Sequence record: MK327943.1
Strand: one strand, 5' to 3'
DNA from: Escherichia phage vB_EcoM_G53
DNA length: 64,000 nt
Both the position numbers and the translations under genes were made by a program. Shown here one piece after another: positions 51,396 to 61,927 of this stretch (position 1 is the first letter of the stretch; the number at the start of each line of letters is the position of its first letter). The notes beneath the pieces were generated by a model, which had not been told where the DNA came from, did no database searches, and worked only from the letters and a program-made list of their open reading frames with translations.

Positions 51396-51808
51396 TATTG
51401 CCCCGCTTCAAATTCTCGCATATCCTGGATATGTTTAAGTGCAAAACTACGAGACTTAACTGCGTCAAGTGCACCACTACAGAACTCAAGTAAAATTCCC
51501 CAGTATTGTAAAGTAGTCTCTATTTTAAGCACATCTTTATCTGCAGCCAGGACAGTTTTCATTTCAGATTTCTCGTATCGGTCCATACTGAATTCATCAC
51601 CGTCACCTCGTCCCGAGTAGTAGTCTAATCTTGCTTTTAGAGCAGTTTTCTTCTGAGTCTCTATACGCAACATTTCTTTACGAATAAATGAGTGCTTACG
51701 TAGCCATTTGCTGTATAACTTAACATTATTCGCCGTCTCATATTGCAACTTTGACATATCAATAGCTAAGTCTGCGTCTAACTCTTCCTGTAAATCTTCC
51801 AGCTTCAT
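51395..51808 (-). CDS. uvsY: recombination mediator protein UvsY
   Basis: 137 aa, T4 size and order. Confidence 0.9.
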   Translation of the reverse strand: MKLEDLQEELDADLAIDMSKLQYETANNVKLYSKWLRKHSFIRKEMLRIETQKKTALKARLDYYSGRGDGDEFSMDRYEKSEMKTVLAADKDVLKIETTLQYWGILLEFCSGALDAVKSRSFALKHIQDMREFEAGQ

Positions 51809-51862
51809 AATATTCTCTCATTAACTAATAATCTCCCGGCTGTATCGGAAGGACCTAAAACC

Positions 51863-51887
51863 ATTATACATAGGTCGCCTTGAAGCA
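51863..51887 (-). promoter_or_regulatory. MotA-dependent middle promoter candidate for uvsY
   Basis: Minus strand TAATGCTTCA (MotA-box-like) - 12 bp - TATAAT, about 55 nt upstream of the uvsY ATG. Confidence 0.5.
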
Positions 51888-52286
51888 TTACACTCTATTG
51901 CTTGACGCTAACTGAAGTTTAATTTGTTCAATATCGTCAGGGTTGTCTACGACCGAAAATCTAATCTCTACTATAACCGTATAGTCATCATATACTGGCG
52001 TTACACTTACAGAAAGTTTGTCGATGCGTGGCTCATAGTTACGAACAGCTGCCTGGATATTACGCTCAATCGTATCGGCTGTAAGTGGTGTCATGTTCTC
52101 GAAAAGTTCGTCGACCAAATCGCATCCAAATTCAGGGTCGAAGGGGCGTGAGCCTTTTCTAGTTGTCACTATGCCAAGAAGACTATTTTTAATAGAACGA
52201 AGTCCTACAGAACGAGCAACGTCCTTGTTCCAATCCATACGCATTTCTGGGTCGATATCTGAATAAAGTTTATTGATATTAGACAT
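51888..52286 (-). CDS. 25: baseplate wedge protein gp25
   Basis: 132 aa, T4 size and order. Confidence 0.9.
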   Translation of the reverse strand: MSNINKLYSDIDPEMRMDWNKDVARSVGLRSIKNSLLGIVTTRKGSRPFDPEFGCDLVDELFENMTPLTADTIERNIQAAVRNYEPRIDKLSVSVTPVYDDYTVIVEIRFSVVDNPDDIEQIKLQLASSNRV

Positions 52287-52912
52287 TATAATAACTCAAA
52301 GAATTCTTTGAGGCCTCGTATTGTGTGAACGTGTGACGCCCCACATTTGGGACATTTAATAGGGGTTGCCAGATAAATTGATGGCGACACCAAAAGATTT
52401 TTAATATTGATCATGTCATCTTCTGTTATAAGGCCGTAAAGGTCGTTTATTTCTGCTTCAGTTAAATCTTCAACAGGGATGGACTCTCCATTGACAAAAA
52501 CGGCCTCAATACATGAAGCAATCATTAATGCGATATTTTTATCGTCAAATAATTTAGGTTGACGGAACTTAATTTTAATACCACTAAACGAATACCAGGG
52601 ATCGGCCTGTTCATCTAATTGAGTGTGCAATAAATTCATATAGACTTGAAATGAATGCCCACAGGAACAATTCCAGGTGTGTTCTTGATTCACTTCACCT
52701 AACGAATGTGCCCACAGATTTACCAACAATAGCTCGGCTTCTTGTTTAGTCAAGTTTTTAGCGTTAGAGCAATTAGTGATAATATTGTTCACTGCTGATT
52801 CAATAGTACCGGTAGCCCGTGCACCTATGAGTCCTAAATATTCTTTTAAAGTAAAGGCTCTACAATTCACTTCTTTATCGCCTAAACGTACGGTAAACGT
52901 ATATTTGTACAT
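52286..52912 (-). CDS. 26: baseplate hub assembly protein gp26
   Basis: 208 aa, T4 size and order. Confidence 0.85.
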   Translation of the reverse strand: MYKYTFTVRLGDKEVNCRAFTLKEYLGLIGARATGTIESAVNNIITNCSNAKNLTKQEAELLLVNLWAHSLGEVNQEHTWNCSCGHSFQVYMNLLHTQLDEQADPWYSFSGIKIKFRQPKLFDDKNIALMIASCIEAVFVNGESIPVEDLTEAEINDLYGLITEDDMINIKNLLVSPSIYLATPIKCPKCGASHVHTIRGLKEFFELL

Positions 52913-52930
52913 GTTAACTCCTTTATTGTG

Positions 52931-52938
52931 TATTTATA
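52931..52938 (-). promoter_or_regulatory. late promoter (TATAAATA) for genes 26-25
   Basis: Minus-strand TATAAATA inside the palindromic TATTTATAAATA, 19 nt upstream of gene 26 ATG. Confidence 0.5.
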
Positions 52939-52942
52939 AATA
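52935..52942 (+). promoter_or_regulatory. late promoter (TATAAATA) for gene 51 and downstream baseplate hub genes
   Basis: Plus-strand TATAAATA 17 nt upstream of the gene 51 ATG, overlapping the divergent gene 26 promoter. Confidence 0.5.
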
Positions 52943-52959
52943 ATAGAAAAGGAGTAATT

Positions 52960-53712
52960 ATGGCTAATATAATTCGTTGTAAATTACCGGATGGTGTTCA
53001 TCGTTTCAAGCCGTTCACCGTAGCGGATTATAGAGACTTTTTACTAGTTAGAAATGATATCGAACATCGTTCGCCACAAGAACAAAAAGAAATAATTGCT
53101 GATCTGATTGATGATTATTTTGGCGAGTACCCTAAAACATGGCAACCATTTATATTCCTGCAAGTTTTTGCAGGCTCTATAGGCAAAACAAAAGTTCCCG
53201 TTATTTTCACTTGCCCTAAATGCTCTAAAGAAAAAACTGCACCATTTGAGATATATCAAAAAGAACTAGTCGAACCTGAACTTGATGTTGCTGGTATAAA
53301 AATACGTTTTTCTTTCCCTGAAAAGTTTTATGACAACAAAGCATTAATGATAAGTGAAAACATAAAAGAAATATATTATAATGACGAATGGTACCCATGG
53401 AATGATTTGACTGAAGAGAACCAAATCCAAGTAATAGAAGCAATAGACATTGACTCGCTCGAGAAGGTTATTGCTTCTATGAATCCTATTAATTTGACCC
53501 TTAGATTAGGATGTTGTGAACGACATGTTAAAACATATACTGATATCTTAGAGGTTTTTAAATTGTTAGTTAACCCTGATGAGATTTTTACATTCTATCA
53601 GATAAACCATTCACTGGTAAAGAGTCAATACACATTGGATTCTATTATGCAAATGATTCCTGTTGAACGTGGTATTGCTTTAACATTAGTAGAAAAGGAC
53701 CATAAAAAATGA
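52960..53712 (+). CDS. 51: baseplate hub assembly catalyst gp51
   Basis: 250 aa, T4 size and order. Confidence 0.85.
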   Translation: MANIIRCKLPDGVHRFKPFTVADYRDFLLVRNDIEHRSPQEQKEIIADLIDDYFGEYPKTWQPFIFLQVFAGSIGKTKVPVIFTCPKCSKEKTAPFEIYQKELVEPELDVAGIKIRFSFPEKFYDNKALMISENIKEIYYNDEWYPWNDLTEENQIQVIEAIDIDSLEKVIASMNPINLTLRLGCCERHVKTYTDILEVFKLLVNPDEIFTFYQINHSLVKSQYTLDSIMQMIPVERGIALTLVEKDHKK

Positions 53713-54881
53713 AAGTATTCCAACGTCCAGGATATCCTAACTTAAGCGTTAAATTATACCAAGATTATTCGGCTTGGCAAGAAAATAGATACGTTGAACT
53801 CGCAGCAACAATAACAACTTTAACCATGCGAGATTCGCTATATGGAAGAAATGAAGGGATTCTTCAATTTTATGACACTAAAAACATTCACACTAAAATG
53901 GACGGTAGACAGATAGTTCAAATCTCTGTTTCAAATTCAAACACGCCTCTCCAAGTTAGAACTCGAATTTATGGATGTAGACATTATTCTGTGTCTGTGG
54001 ACTCAAAAGGTGACAATATTATTGCAATTGAGCTTGGAACAATACATTCTATAGAGAACCTTAAATTTGGGCGACCATTCTTCCCGGACGCAGGCGAATC
54101 TATACGTGAAATGTTAGGTGTCATATACAAAGACCGTGCGTTAATTACTCCGCCAATAAACACTATTAATGCTTATGTTCCTGATATCCCTTGGACAAGC
54201 ACATTTGATGATTATTTGGCATATGTCAGAGAATTAGGACTTGCTACAGCGAGTGATAAGTTCGTATTCGTATGGCAAGATATTTTAGGCGTAAACATGA
54301 TTGACTACGATACTCTTATTGGTCAGGAAGGCATTAAGATGATTGTAGGTGAGCCAAATACTGTAGGTCAGTATATTCAAGAGCTTGAGTATCCATTAGT
54401 ATGGGATTTCACCTGGATGACTAAAGCTAACCAATTTACAAGAGACCCTATTAAAAACGCCACGATATTCGCTCATTCATTTTTAGATACATCTATTCCG
54501 GTTATTGTTACAGGCGATGGCGATAATGCTATTGTTGTGTCAAGATCCGGTGGATATTCCGAAATGACCTATCGTAATGGATTTGAAGAAGCAAGTCGTC
54601 TTCAGACAATGGCTCAATATGACGGATATGCTAAATGCACTACTACAGGTAATTTTAACATAACGCCTGCTACTAAAATTATATTTGTTGACCAAAAGAA
54701 CCAATTCAAATCCGAATTTTACGTAGATGAAGTTATTCATGAGTTATCAAATAACAACTCACAAACTCATCTATACATGTTTACCAACTCAATGGTGTTA
54801 GAACCTGTTAACCCAGTTAAGGTTAAAAATGAACTTAAATCTGATTCTACCTCTAAAGAAAATAATTCTACCACAGTCTAA
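53709..54881 (+). CDS. 27: baseplate hub protein gp27
   Basis: 390 aa, T4 size and order. Confidence 0.9.
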   Translation: MKVFQRPGYPNLSVKLYQDYSAWQENRYVELAATITTLTMRDSLYGRNEGILQFYDTKNIHTKMDGRQIVQISVSNSNTPLQVRTRIYGCRHYSVSVDSKGDNIIAIELGTIHSIENLKFGRPFFPDAGESIREMLGVIYKDRALITPPINTINAYVPDIPWTSTFDDYLAYVRELGLATASDKFVFVWQDILGVNMIDYDTLIGQEGIKMIVGEPNTVGQYIQELEYPLVWDFTWMTKANQFTRDPIKNATIFAHSFLDTSIPVIVTGDGDNAIVVSRSGGYSEMTYRNGFEEASRLQTMAQYDGYAKCTTTGNFNITPATKIIFVDQKNQFKSEFYVDEVIHELSNNNSQTHLYMFTNSMVLEPVNPVKVKNELKSDSTSKENNSTTV

Positions 54882-55362
54882 TAAAAAGGTAATGATTCCT
54901 AAATTAGGGCTCAAACATTATAATCTTTTAAAGGACGTTAAAGGTCCTGATGAAAACATGAAAATCTTAGCTGATTCTATTTGTAAAAATATGAGTCCTG
55001 CAGATTTTGATTTTGCATGTCTACATATATTGGAATTTAATAACAAACTTAAGTCTGAAGTTGAAAAAGATGGATTCACTTATAAACTAGATGACGTCTA
55101 TGTATGCCAACGAACAGAATTCCAATTCCAAGGTAATACTTTTTATTTTAGACCCCCAGGCAAATTTGAACAATTCGCTACAATCAGTGAAATGCTATCA
55201 AATTGCTTAATAAAAGTTAATGACGAAGAGAAAGAAATTTCTTTCCTTGAGATGCCTGCTTTTGTAATCAAATGGGCAGAAGACCTTTCGACAACTATTG
55301 CTATTCCAGGCCCTAATGGTCCTATTAAGGGTATAGCAGAAATTATTGGATTGCTTGAATGA
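54829..55362 (+). CDS. 28: baseplate hub distal subunit gp28
   Basis: 177 aa matches T4 gp28 size but overlaps gene 27 by 53 nt; alternative ATG 54892 with SD AAGGT would give 156 aa. Confidence 0.75.
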   Translation: MNLNLILPLKKIILPQSNKKVMIPKLGLKHYNLLKDVKGPDENMKILADSICKNMSPADFDFACLHILEFNNKLKSEVEKDGFTYKLDDVYVCQRTEFQFQGNTFYFRPPGKFEQFATISEMLSNCLIKVNDEEKEISFLEMPAFVIKWAEDLSTTIAIPGPNGPIKGIAEIIGLLE

Positions 55363-57131
55363 AACCTGAAGAAATGAAATCCATGCGTAGAAATAAGGTC
55401 ATTGCCGATAATAAACCACAAAAAGTAGCTGCAACAGCAGCTACCGATTCATTAGAAGCATTGAATAACATTTCATCAAAACTAGACGATGTCCAAGCCG
55501 CGTCTGAACTCACATCACAAAGTGTAGAAGATAAAGGCAATGGAATTATTGAATCAATTGGAGACTTAAAGAATTCGACAGATAATACTGCTGAAGGCAC
55601 AGAGCTTATCGCAGAAGTTATTGAAAAACAAACTGAAGTCACTAAAAGTATAAACGAAGTTTCTAGTGCAATAAGCTCTAAGTTAGACCGATTAGCTACA
55701 TTATTAGAGCAAAAATTACAAACATCTACCGCTATTCAAAATACAGGAGGCACCTCTCTTGAAGTAATTGAGAACGCGATACCTGTTAAAGTGGTTGAGA
55801 ATGAAACTTCTGATGAGTTGTTTAAAGCATTCCCTACACCTGAAAAGATTGATAATAAGCCAGACGAAGATTTCTTCCCAGCCACGGTTCAAGAAAGTGC
55901 TAATTCTACTTCCGATTCTAAAGGCGGAATTAGCTTTAAATTGAGCGATAAAATTGCAATGCTCACCAAAACAGTTCAAACCGGGTTTAATAAATCAATA
56001 TCAATTTCAGACAGAATTGCTGGAATGCTTTTCAAATACACTATAACGGCTGCTATTGAAGCAGCAAAAATGGCCGCACTTATTCTTGGTATTGTTATCG
56101 GTATTGATTTATTGATAGTCCATTTCAAATATTGGACAGACAAGTTCACTTCTGCCTGGGATTTATTTGACGAAAACTTTACTAAATTCTCCGATGAAGC
56201 TAAAGAGTGGGGTAAATTCTTAAGTGATATATTCACTTCTATTGACTCGATAAAACAATTGTGGGAAGCTGGAGACTGGGGCGGTTTAACCGTTGCTATT
56301 GTCAAAGGTGTAGGAACAGCATTAATGAACTTAGGTGAACTAATTCAATTAGGAATGGCTAAACTCTCTGCGTCTATATTGCGTGCTATAGGTTTTGGCG
56401 ATACCGCGGACGAAATAGAAGGACGTGCTTTAGAAGGATTCCAAGAAACTACTGGGAACAAATTAAAGAAAGAAGACCAAGAGAAAGTCGCTAAATATCA
56501 AATGAAACGTGACGATGGGGAATTAGGAACCGTTTCTAAAGGTCTTGATATGTTACAACGCGGCAAAACATTCGTTACTAACTGGGTTCGTGGTAATGAC
56601 AATAAAGAAGAGTTTAGTACAAGCGATGAGCGTGCTGCGGAATCAGCAAAATTAAAAGAGTTGCCTGAAGAGGAGCGTAAAGAGGCGTATATAAAAGCTA
56701 ATGAAACTCGTGCGGCACTGGTTAGATTTGAGGATTATATCGATAAAATCGATATGACTAATCCGGAAAATGCTAAAAACGTCGAGAAGTCTTATGCTGA
56801 TTTAAGTAAACTTATTAAAGACCCTGAACTTAATAAAACTCCTGTTGTTAAAAAGGAAATAGATGCTAGATTTGAAAAGCTAAATAATAAAATGGCTGAA
56901 GCCAAAAATGCCCAGACAACAGTTAAGCCTGAATCTTCGTCTAAATCTCCAGAAGCAAAACAAGTTCAGTCAATAGAGAAAGGACGTGCTTCTGAATCTA
57001 AACAACAGCAACCGGTAGCGGCGATTAGTAACACAAATAATGTCGTCAAAAAGAATACCGTAGTCCAGAATATGACCCCTGTAACAAGTACAACGGCTCC
57101 TGGAATTTTCCATGCCACCGGTGTTAATTAA
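55359..57131 (+). CDS. 29: tail tube tape measure / baseplate hub protein gp29
   Basis: 590 aa, T4 size and order. Confidence 0.9.
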   Translation: MKPEEMKSMRRNKVIADNKPQKVAATAATDSLEALNNISSKLDDVQAASELTSQSVEDKGNGIIESIGDLKNSTDNTAEGTELIAEVIEKQTEVTKSINEVSSAISSKLDRLATLLEQKLQTSTAIQNTGGTSLEVIENAIPVKVVENETSDELFKAFPTPEKIDNKPDEDFFPATVQESANSTSDSKGGISFKLSDKIAMLTKTVQTGFNKSISISDRIAGMLFKYTITAAIEAAKMAALILGIVIGIDLLIVHFKYWTDKFTSAWDLFDENFTKFSDEAKEWGKFLSDIFTSIDSIKQLWEAGDWGGLTVAIVKGVGTALMNLGELIQLGMAKLSASILRAIGFGDTADEIEGRALEGFQETTGNKLKKEDQEKVAKYQMKRDDGELGTVSKGLDMLQRGKTFVTNWVRGNDNKEEFSTSDERAAESAKLKELPEEERKEAYIKANETRAALVRFEDYIDKIDMTNPENAKNVEKSYADLSKLIKDPELNKTPVVKKEIDARFEKLNNKMAEAKNAQTTVKPESSSKSPEAKQVQSIEKGRASESKQQQPVAAISNTNNVVKKNTVVQNMTPVTSTTAPGIFHATGVN

Positions 57132-57139
57132 GGATTATT

Positions 57140-58249
57140 ATGATTAGTGTAAAAGAAATAGTAGTAGATGCAAAGGATTTAAATAAAGCAATCCCAGTCT
57201 CAGAAAGTGCCGGGCAAAGCACTAAAACAGAAACAACTACTAAAACTTATGTTGCTCAATTTCCTACAGGAAGAGCAGCCGGAAATGACTCCACAGGAGA
57301 CTTCCAGGTAACAGACCTTTATAAGAATGGATTATTATTTACCGCGTACAATATGTCTGCACGCGATTCAGGATCCCTCAGGAATTTACGTCCGGCGTAT
57401 GCCGGGACTTCATCTAATGGTATCATATCAGATTTAACTGATAATGTGAAAGATGCAGTGACTAAATTCTCAAATGGATTGCTTCCTGCCGGAGCTAATA
57501 AGTCTACTATAAACAAAACTCCTGTTGCTAATATACTTTTGCCACGTTCCAAATCCGACGTTGATACAACTTCGCATCGTTTTAATGATGTCGGTGATAG
57601 CCTTATTACTAAAGGTGGAGGTACTGCTACGGGTGTTTTAAGTAACATTGCTTCTACCGCAGTTTTTGGTGCATTAGATTCTATTACTCAAGGGCTTATG
57701 GCTGATAATAACGAGCAGATTTATACGACTTCTCGTAGTATGTATGGTGGTGCTGAGAACCGTACTAAAGTCTTTACATGGGATTTAACTCCACGTTCAA
57801 CTGAAGACCTTATGGCTATTATAAACATTTACCAGTATTTTAACTATTTCTCATACGGTGAGACCGGTAAATCACAGTACGCCCAAGAGATTAAAAGTTA
57901 TTTAGACGAGTGGTACCGTTCAACGTTTATTGAGCCTATGACACCAGACGATGCAGTAAAAAATAAGACATTGTTTGAAAAGATTACTGCGTCATTAACA
58001 AATGTATTAGTTGTAAGCAACCCTACAATTTGGATGGTTAAAAACTTTGGTTATACATCTAAATTTGATGGATTAACTGACGTATTTGGCCCATGTCAAA
58101 TTCAAAGCGTACGTTTTGATAAAACTCCAAATGGACAATTTAATGGTCTTGCTGTTGCTCCTAACTTACCATCAACATTTACGTTAGAGATAACAATGCG
58201 AGAAATTATTACATTAAACCGTTCTTCACTTTATGCGGGGACTTTCTAA
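57140..58249 (+). CDS. 48: baseplate-tail tube junction protein gp48
   Basis: 369 aa, T4 order. Confidence 0.9.
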   Translation: MISVKEIVVDAKDLNKAIPVSESAGQSTKTETTTKTYVAQFPTGRAAGNDSTGDFQVTDLYKNGLLFTAYNMSARDSGSLRNLRPAYAGTSSNGIISDLTDNVKDAVTKFSNGLLPAGANKSTINKTPVANILLPRSKSDVDTTSHRFNDVGDSLITKGGGTATGVLSNIASTAVFGALDSITQGLMADNNEQIYTTSRSMYGGAENRTKVFTWDLTPRSTEDLMAIINIYQYFNYFSYGETGKSQYAQEIKSYLDEWYRSTFIEPMTPDDAVKNKTLFEKITASLTNVLVVSNPTIWMVKNFGYTSKFDGLTDVFGPCQIQSVRFDKTPNGQFNGLAVAPNLPSTFTLEITMREIITLNRSSLYAGTF

Positions 58250-59211
58250 TGTACTCTTTAGAAGAATTTAATAACCAAGCTATAAATGCAGATTTCCAAC
58301 GAAACAATATGTTTAGTTGTGTATTTGCTACTACACCATCAACCAAATCATCTTCACTAATTTCGTCAATTGGTAGTTTTGCTTATAATAACTTAGGGTT
58401 GGATTCAGATTGGCTAGGATTGTCTCAAGGTGATATCAATCAGGGCGTAACAACCCTGATTACAGCAGGAACACAGAAATTAATTCGAAAATCAGGTATA
58501 AGTAAATATCTGATTGGAGCAATGAGTCAACGTACGGTACAAAGCTTGTTAGGTGAGTTCACAGTAGGAGCTTATCTGATAGACTTCTTCAATATGGCAT
58601 ATAATAATACAGGTTTAATGATTTATTCTGTAAAAATGCCTGAGAACCGATTATCGTATGAAACGGATTTCAACTATAACTCCCCGAACATCCGAATTAC
58701 CGGTCGTGAAATGGACCCGTTAGTAATAAGCTTTAGAATGGATTCTGAAGCATCTAACTTTAGAGCAATGCAAGACTGGGTAAACTCAGTCCAAGACCCT
58801 GTAACAGGTCTTCGTGCTTTACCACAAGACGTCGAAGCAGATATTCAGGTTAATTTACATGCACGAAATGGTTTACCACATACCGCTGTCATGTTCACTG
58901 GATGTATTCCTGTTAGTGTCTCTTCTCCTGAGTTAACGTATGATGGTGATAATCAGATAACAGTTTTTGACGTAACATTTGCTTATCGCGTTATGCAATC
59001 AGGTGCTGTAAATAGACAGGCTGCTTTAGAATGGCTGGAATCAGGACTTATTAGTAGTGTTTCAGGAATGTTTGGAAATAATCAGAATGATTCTGGACTA
59101 GGAAGTGCAGTATCAAGACTTTCTAGATTAGGTGGGACTGCTGGTGGTGTGTCTAATATAAACACATTGACAGGTGTTGTGAATTCTGCGTCAAGAGTTT
59201 TAGGACTATAA
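58249..59211 (+). CDS. 54: baseplate-tail tube initiator gp54
   Basis: 320 aa, T4 size and order. Confidence 0.9.
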   Translation: MYSLEEFNNQAINADFQRNNMFSCVFATTPSTKSSSLISSIGSFAYNNLGLDSDWLGLSQGDINQGVTTLITAGTQKLIRKSGISKYLIGAMSQRTVQSLLGEFTVGAYLIDFFNMAYNNTGLMIYSVKMPENRLSYETDFNYNSPNIRITGREMDPLVISFRMDSEASNFRAMQDWVNSVQDPVTGLRALPQDVEADIQVNLHARNGLPHTAVMFTGCIPVSVSSPELTYDGDNQITVFDVTFAYRVMQSGAVNRQAALEWLESGLISSVSGMFGNNQNDSGLGSAVSRLSRLGGTAGGVSNINTLTGVVNSASRVLGL

Positions 59212-59213
59212 GA

Positions 59214-59235
59214 AAAAGGGAGACGTTGTCTCCCT
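59214..59235. terminator. terminator hairpin between gene 54 and the alt-proximal gene (U-run on minus strand)
   Basis: GGGAGAC-GTT-GTCTCCC with AAAAA upstream on plus (UUUUU after the hairpin on minus). Confidence 0.65.
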
Positions 59236-59243
59236 TTAGGGGT

Positions 59244-59537
59244 TTATTTACGGAATGAAAGGAATGCTGGTGCTCTGAATGGAGTATCATCTTTAGAGTA
59301 TTTAACTAATACGACCATTGGTACCTCTGTTTCTAAATGACCTGTCACTACACCGACAAAAATTTGATCAGTGTGCTCAGGGTCACGAAAGTTTTTAAGA
59401 GGTTCCATAGCAATATGGAATGCACCTGGGAATACTCGATTCAATTCATCAATCACAGCTTCGTTAAAAACATCATCCGCTGGGATAGCATCTTCAACTA
59501 CTAGTTCTTGGCCATTAAAGCGAAGCATAGATTTCAT
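59244..59537 (-). CDS. hypothetical protein (97 aa), alt.-1 position
   Basis: ORF track 59244..59609 would cover the promoter; ATG 59537 preceded by GAGGAAAA. Confidence 0.55.
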   Translation of the reverse strand: MKSMLRFNGQELVVEDAIPADDVFNEAVIDELNRVFPGAFHIAMEPLKNFRDPEHTDQIFVGVVTGHLETEVPMVVLVKYSKDDTPFRAPAFLSFRK

Positions 59538-59560
59538 AACGTTTTCCTCATGTTGTTGAT

Positions 59561-59595
59561 GGGATGATAGTATCACACATCCATGTGTTTGTAAA
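59561..59595 (-). promoter_or_regulatory. early promoter (PeSL-type) inside the 3' end region of alt
   Basis: Minus strand TTTACA (59590-59595) - 17 bp - TACTAT (59567-59572); inverted repeat GGATG / CATCC. Confidence 0.6.
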
Positions 59596-61683
59596 CTATC
59601 CTTGGACAAATTTAAACGGAACTGATTCTAAATCCATTAAAGATGCTAACAATTTCAAACCTTTAGGTGCACTAGTTTTTTCTACAAATGAGGCAAAAGA
59701 TACCGGCTCATCTGATTCGATTTCACCTGTCATAGCAACTACCTCGCCTGTTTCCATGAGAACATCACCATCATAAATGACAGCTTCATCTAACTGGTCT
59801 GAGGACATGACTTCAGCTTGAATAAATTTAAGGTTGGATTCTAAACCTGCACCAGTATCAGATGACGCATCTGTAATTTTATTTATCTGCAAGAGAATGC
59901 CTCTAGGCAAAATAATTTCTTGCTCATTAGGGTGATTACTCAACTGTCCTGGATAAATCACGTTAACTTTATGGGCGCCATCAATAGCCCATCCAACGTT
60001 AACACGGATTTGTTCTGGTGCATGCATAGCTGTTCTTACTTGACTCGGAGAAATAGTAACACCTTCGTCATTATTGTCAATGTTAAGCTCTTTGCGAACT
60101 TCTTCAGGAGCAAGTCCAAGGGCAACGTTCTCTTTAAACCCACCGAAAATAATAGGAGCTAGTGAAGTGGAAACATAGTTTCTGAAGTAGAATACCTTAT
60201 TTTTAACCATTGCTTCGTAAATAGGCATTCTGATAGACTGAGCTCTATATAACGTTAGTCCTTCAGGTAAACGGTCTCCATTTAAAAACGCCGAATCAAG
60301 ACCATCAATAGCGCGTTTAACTTCATCTTCATCTGCAACATCGTAAAAATCTGGTTTATAACGACCTAACAACATATTATTGATATCGGTATACGCAGAA
60401 GAGGCATATTCACGAATAGCTCGTTTTTCAGCAACAGAGTATTGTTTAGGGTCCCGATTCATTGTTATATTAAAGGTGCCTCTAGCCGATTCTCGTGCAT
60501 AAGTATACATCACATTAGACAAGAACGCTGATTTACGTTGTTTCCAAGTTCTTTCAGATACTTCAGCTAAAACGTCGTCAGGCAGTTGGAAATTATCACG
60601 TCTAAAATCTTCAAACCATTCGTCTTTAATAGAGTCTGCAATTTCATTTGCAGCTTCAACAAAAGCAGCTAATGCTTTAACAGATGTTGTTTTTTCAGTT
60701 TTAATTTTCTTAGCAAACTTTTCTAAAGATGGCTTAATAACACTACCATAAGAAACTTCATCAGCAAATTTAAAGGATTCATCAATACGATTATAAATCT
60801 TATTTTCGATATCAGCAACTAAAGTGCCTTTTGCTGTGGACGATGCTTGGGCTAGTACGATTTCATATGCTTCAGGAAGTAATTCGGCTGTAGCTGGGCC
60901 ACTAACTTCTTTAGCAGAATTTTCGTATTTCTGGAATAACTCACCTTCTTGTCGGTCAGCTTCTAAAGATTGACTTGCTGCAATAGCACGACGAGAAATT
61001 TTAGTACGAGCAATAACAGGCTTATCTTTACGTTTTTCTTCTACAGCAGCAATAGAACCAGCGATAGCCGTTTCTTTGGTGACCTTTTCGCCAGTCTTTT
61101 TACTCACATAAACTTCGCCAACATCAGAATCTACTTTCGTGTACAACTCTGTGTTAATGTTAGGGATGCCTTTAATATCTTCAATGTTAGCATTTTTACG
61201 AACCATCATCACATAGGTGTGTTTACCTGTGAATTGATACATTGCCGTCAATACTTTAAAACGACCACCGGTTTTAGTAGAAACTAAACGAGCAAGAAGA
61301 GTTTGAAGTTGTTGTCCACGTCCTTTCAATTTCTTGGTAGGGAATCGGAACAGAACTGCATCCATACGAAGAGCTTTAACCTGTTCATATACTGTATTGA
61401 AAATGGTGTTGATTGCATCAATAGGAGCAGGACCAAGGCCATTTTTCAATTCAGCGAGATTACCCTTTTCAGACAGACTCATAATAACAACATGGGCGTA
61501 TTTGTCGCCAAGTTTAACTTGTTTTACAGCGTCGCCTTCGGAAAGGTAAGAGAATAAACGAACTACGATGTTTGTATCGATATCACCAATTTTCCAGACT
61601 TGTGGAACTTTAGCTTTAGGGTTCAAATTGACGACAGGAAGACTGCCTTCAGATTCAAACACTTCATTTAATTGTTCAGACAT
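59596..61683 (-). CDS. alt: ADP-ribosyltransferase Alt (packaged, modifies host RNA polymerase)
   Basis: 695 aa at the T4 alt position between gene 54 and gene 30; SD AAGGAA. Confidence 0.85.
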   Translation of the reverse strand: MSEQLNEVFESEGSLPVVNLNPKAKVPQVWKIGDIDTNIVVRLFSYLSEGDAVKQVKLGDKYAHVVIMSLSEKGNLAELKNGLGPAPIDAINTIFNTVYEQVKALRMDAVLFRFPTKKLKGRGQQLQTLLARLVSTKTGGRFKVLTAMYQFTGKHTYVMMVRKNANIEDIKGIPNINTELYTKVDSDVGEVYVSKKTGEKVTKETAIAGSIAAVEEKRKDKPVIARTKISRRAIAASQSLEADRQEGELFQKYENSAKEVSGPATAELLPEAYEIVLAQASSTAKGTLVADIENKIYNRIDESFKFADEVSYGSVIKPSLEKFAKKIKTEKTTSVKALAAFVEAANEIADSIKDEWFEDFRRDNFQLPDDVLAEVSERTWKQRKSAFLSNVMYTYARESARGTFNITMNRDPKQYSVAEKRAIREYASSAYTDINNMLLGRYKPDFYDVADEDEVKRAIDGLDSAFLNGDRLPEGLTLYRAQSIRMPIYEAMVKNKVFYFRNYVSTSLAPIIFGGFKENVALGLAPEEVRKELNIDNNDEGVTISPSQVRTAMHAPEQIRVNVGWAIDGAHKVNVIYPGQLSNHPNEQEIILPRGILLQINKITDASSDTGAGLESNLKFIQAEVMSSDQLDEAVIYDGDVLMETGEVVAMTGEIESDEPVSFASFVEKTSAPKGLKLLASLMDLESVPFKFVQG

Positions 61684-61719
61684 AGTGTTTTCCTTTTAGT
61701 AATAATTTATATTTATGCC

Positions 61720-61740
61720 AAAAAGAGCCCGAAGGCTCTT
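61720..61740 (-). terminator. rho-independent terminator after the gene 30 transcription unit
   Basis: AAGAGCC-TTCG-GGCTCTT followed by UUUU on the minus strand. Confidence 0.65.
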
Positions 61741-61927
61741 AATCCACAATCGGGAGCAAAGTACGATAAACTTCAAAATTAGGGCCTTTTTCGTACTTAT
61801 CAAAATTGTCCATAAAAATACGATAGGAATCGTTATTAGGAAAATCTAATATAATCTGAGAGCAAGAGGTGGAAACATCTCCACCATCCTTCTTAGCTAC
61901 AATAACTGTTTCTAAATAAGCTTTCAT
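61739..61927 (-). CDS. hypothetical protein (62 aa) between gene 30 and alt
   Basis: ORF track 61739..61948; ATG 61927 overlapping the gene 30 stop (TAATG). Confidence 0.5.
   Translation of the reverse strand: MKAYLETVIVAKKDGGDVSTSCSQIILDFPNNDSYRIFMDNFDKYEKGPNFEVYRTLLPIVD

Noticed and set aside
54829-54881. 53-nt overlap between genes 27 and 28 as a possible frameshift or mis-annotation
   Set aside because: The long form reproduces the 177-aa size I recall for T4 gp28; an alternative ATG at 54892 is noted in the feature but no evidence of a frameshift
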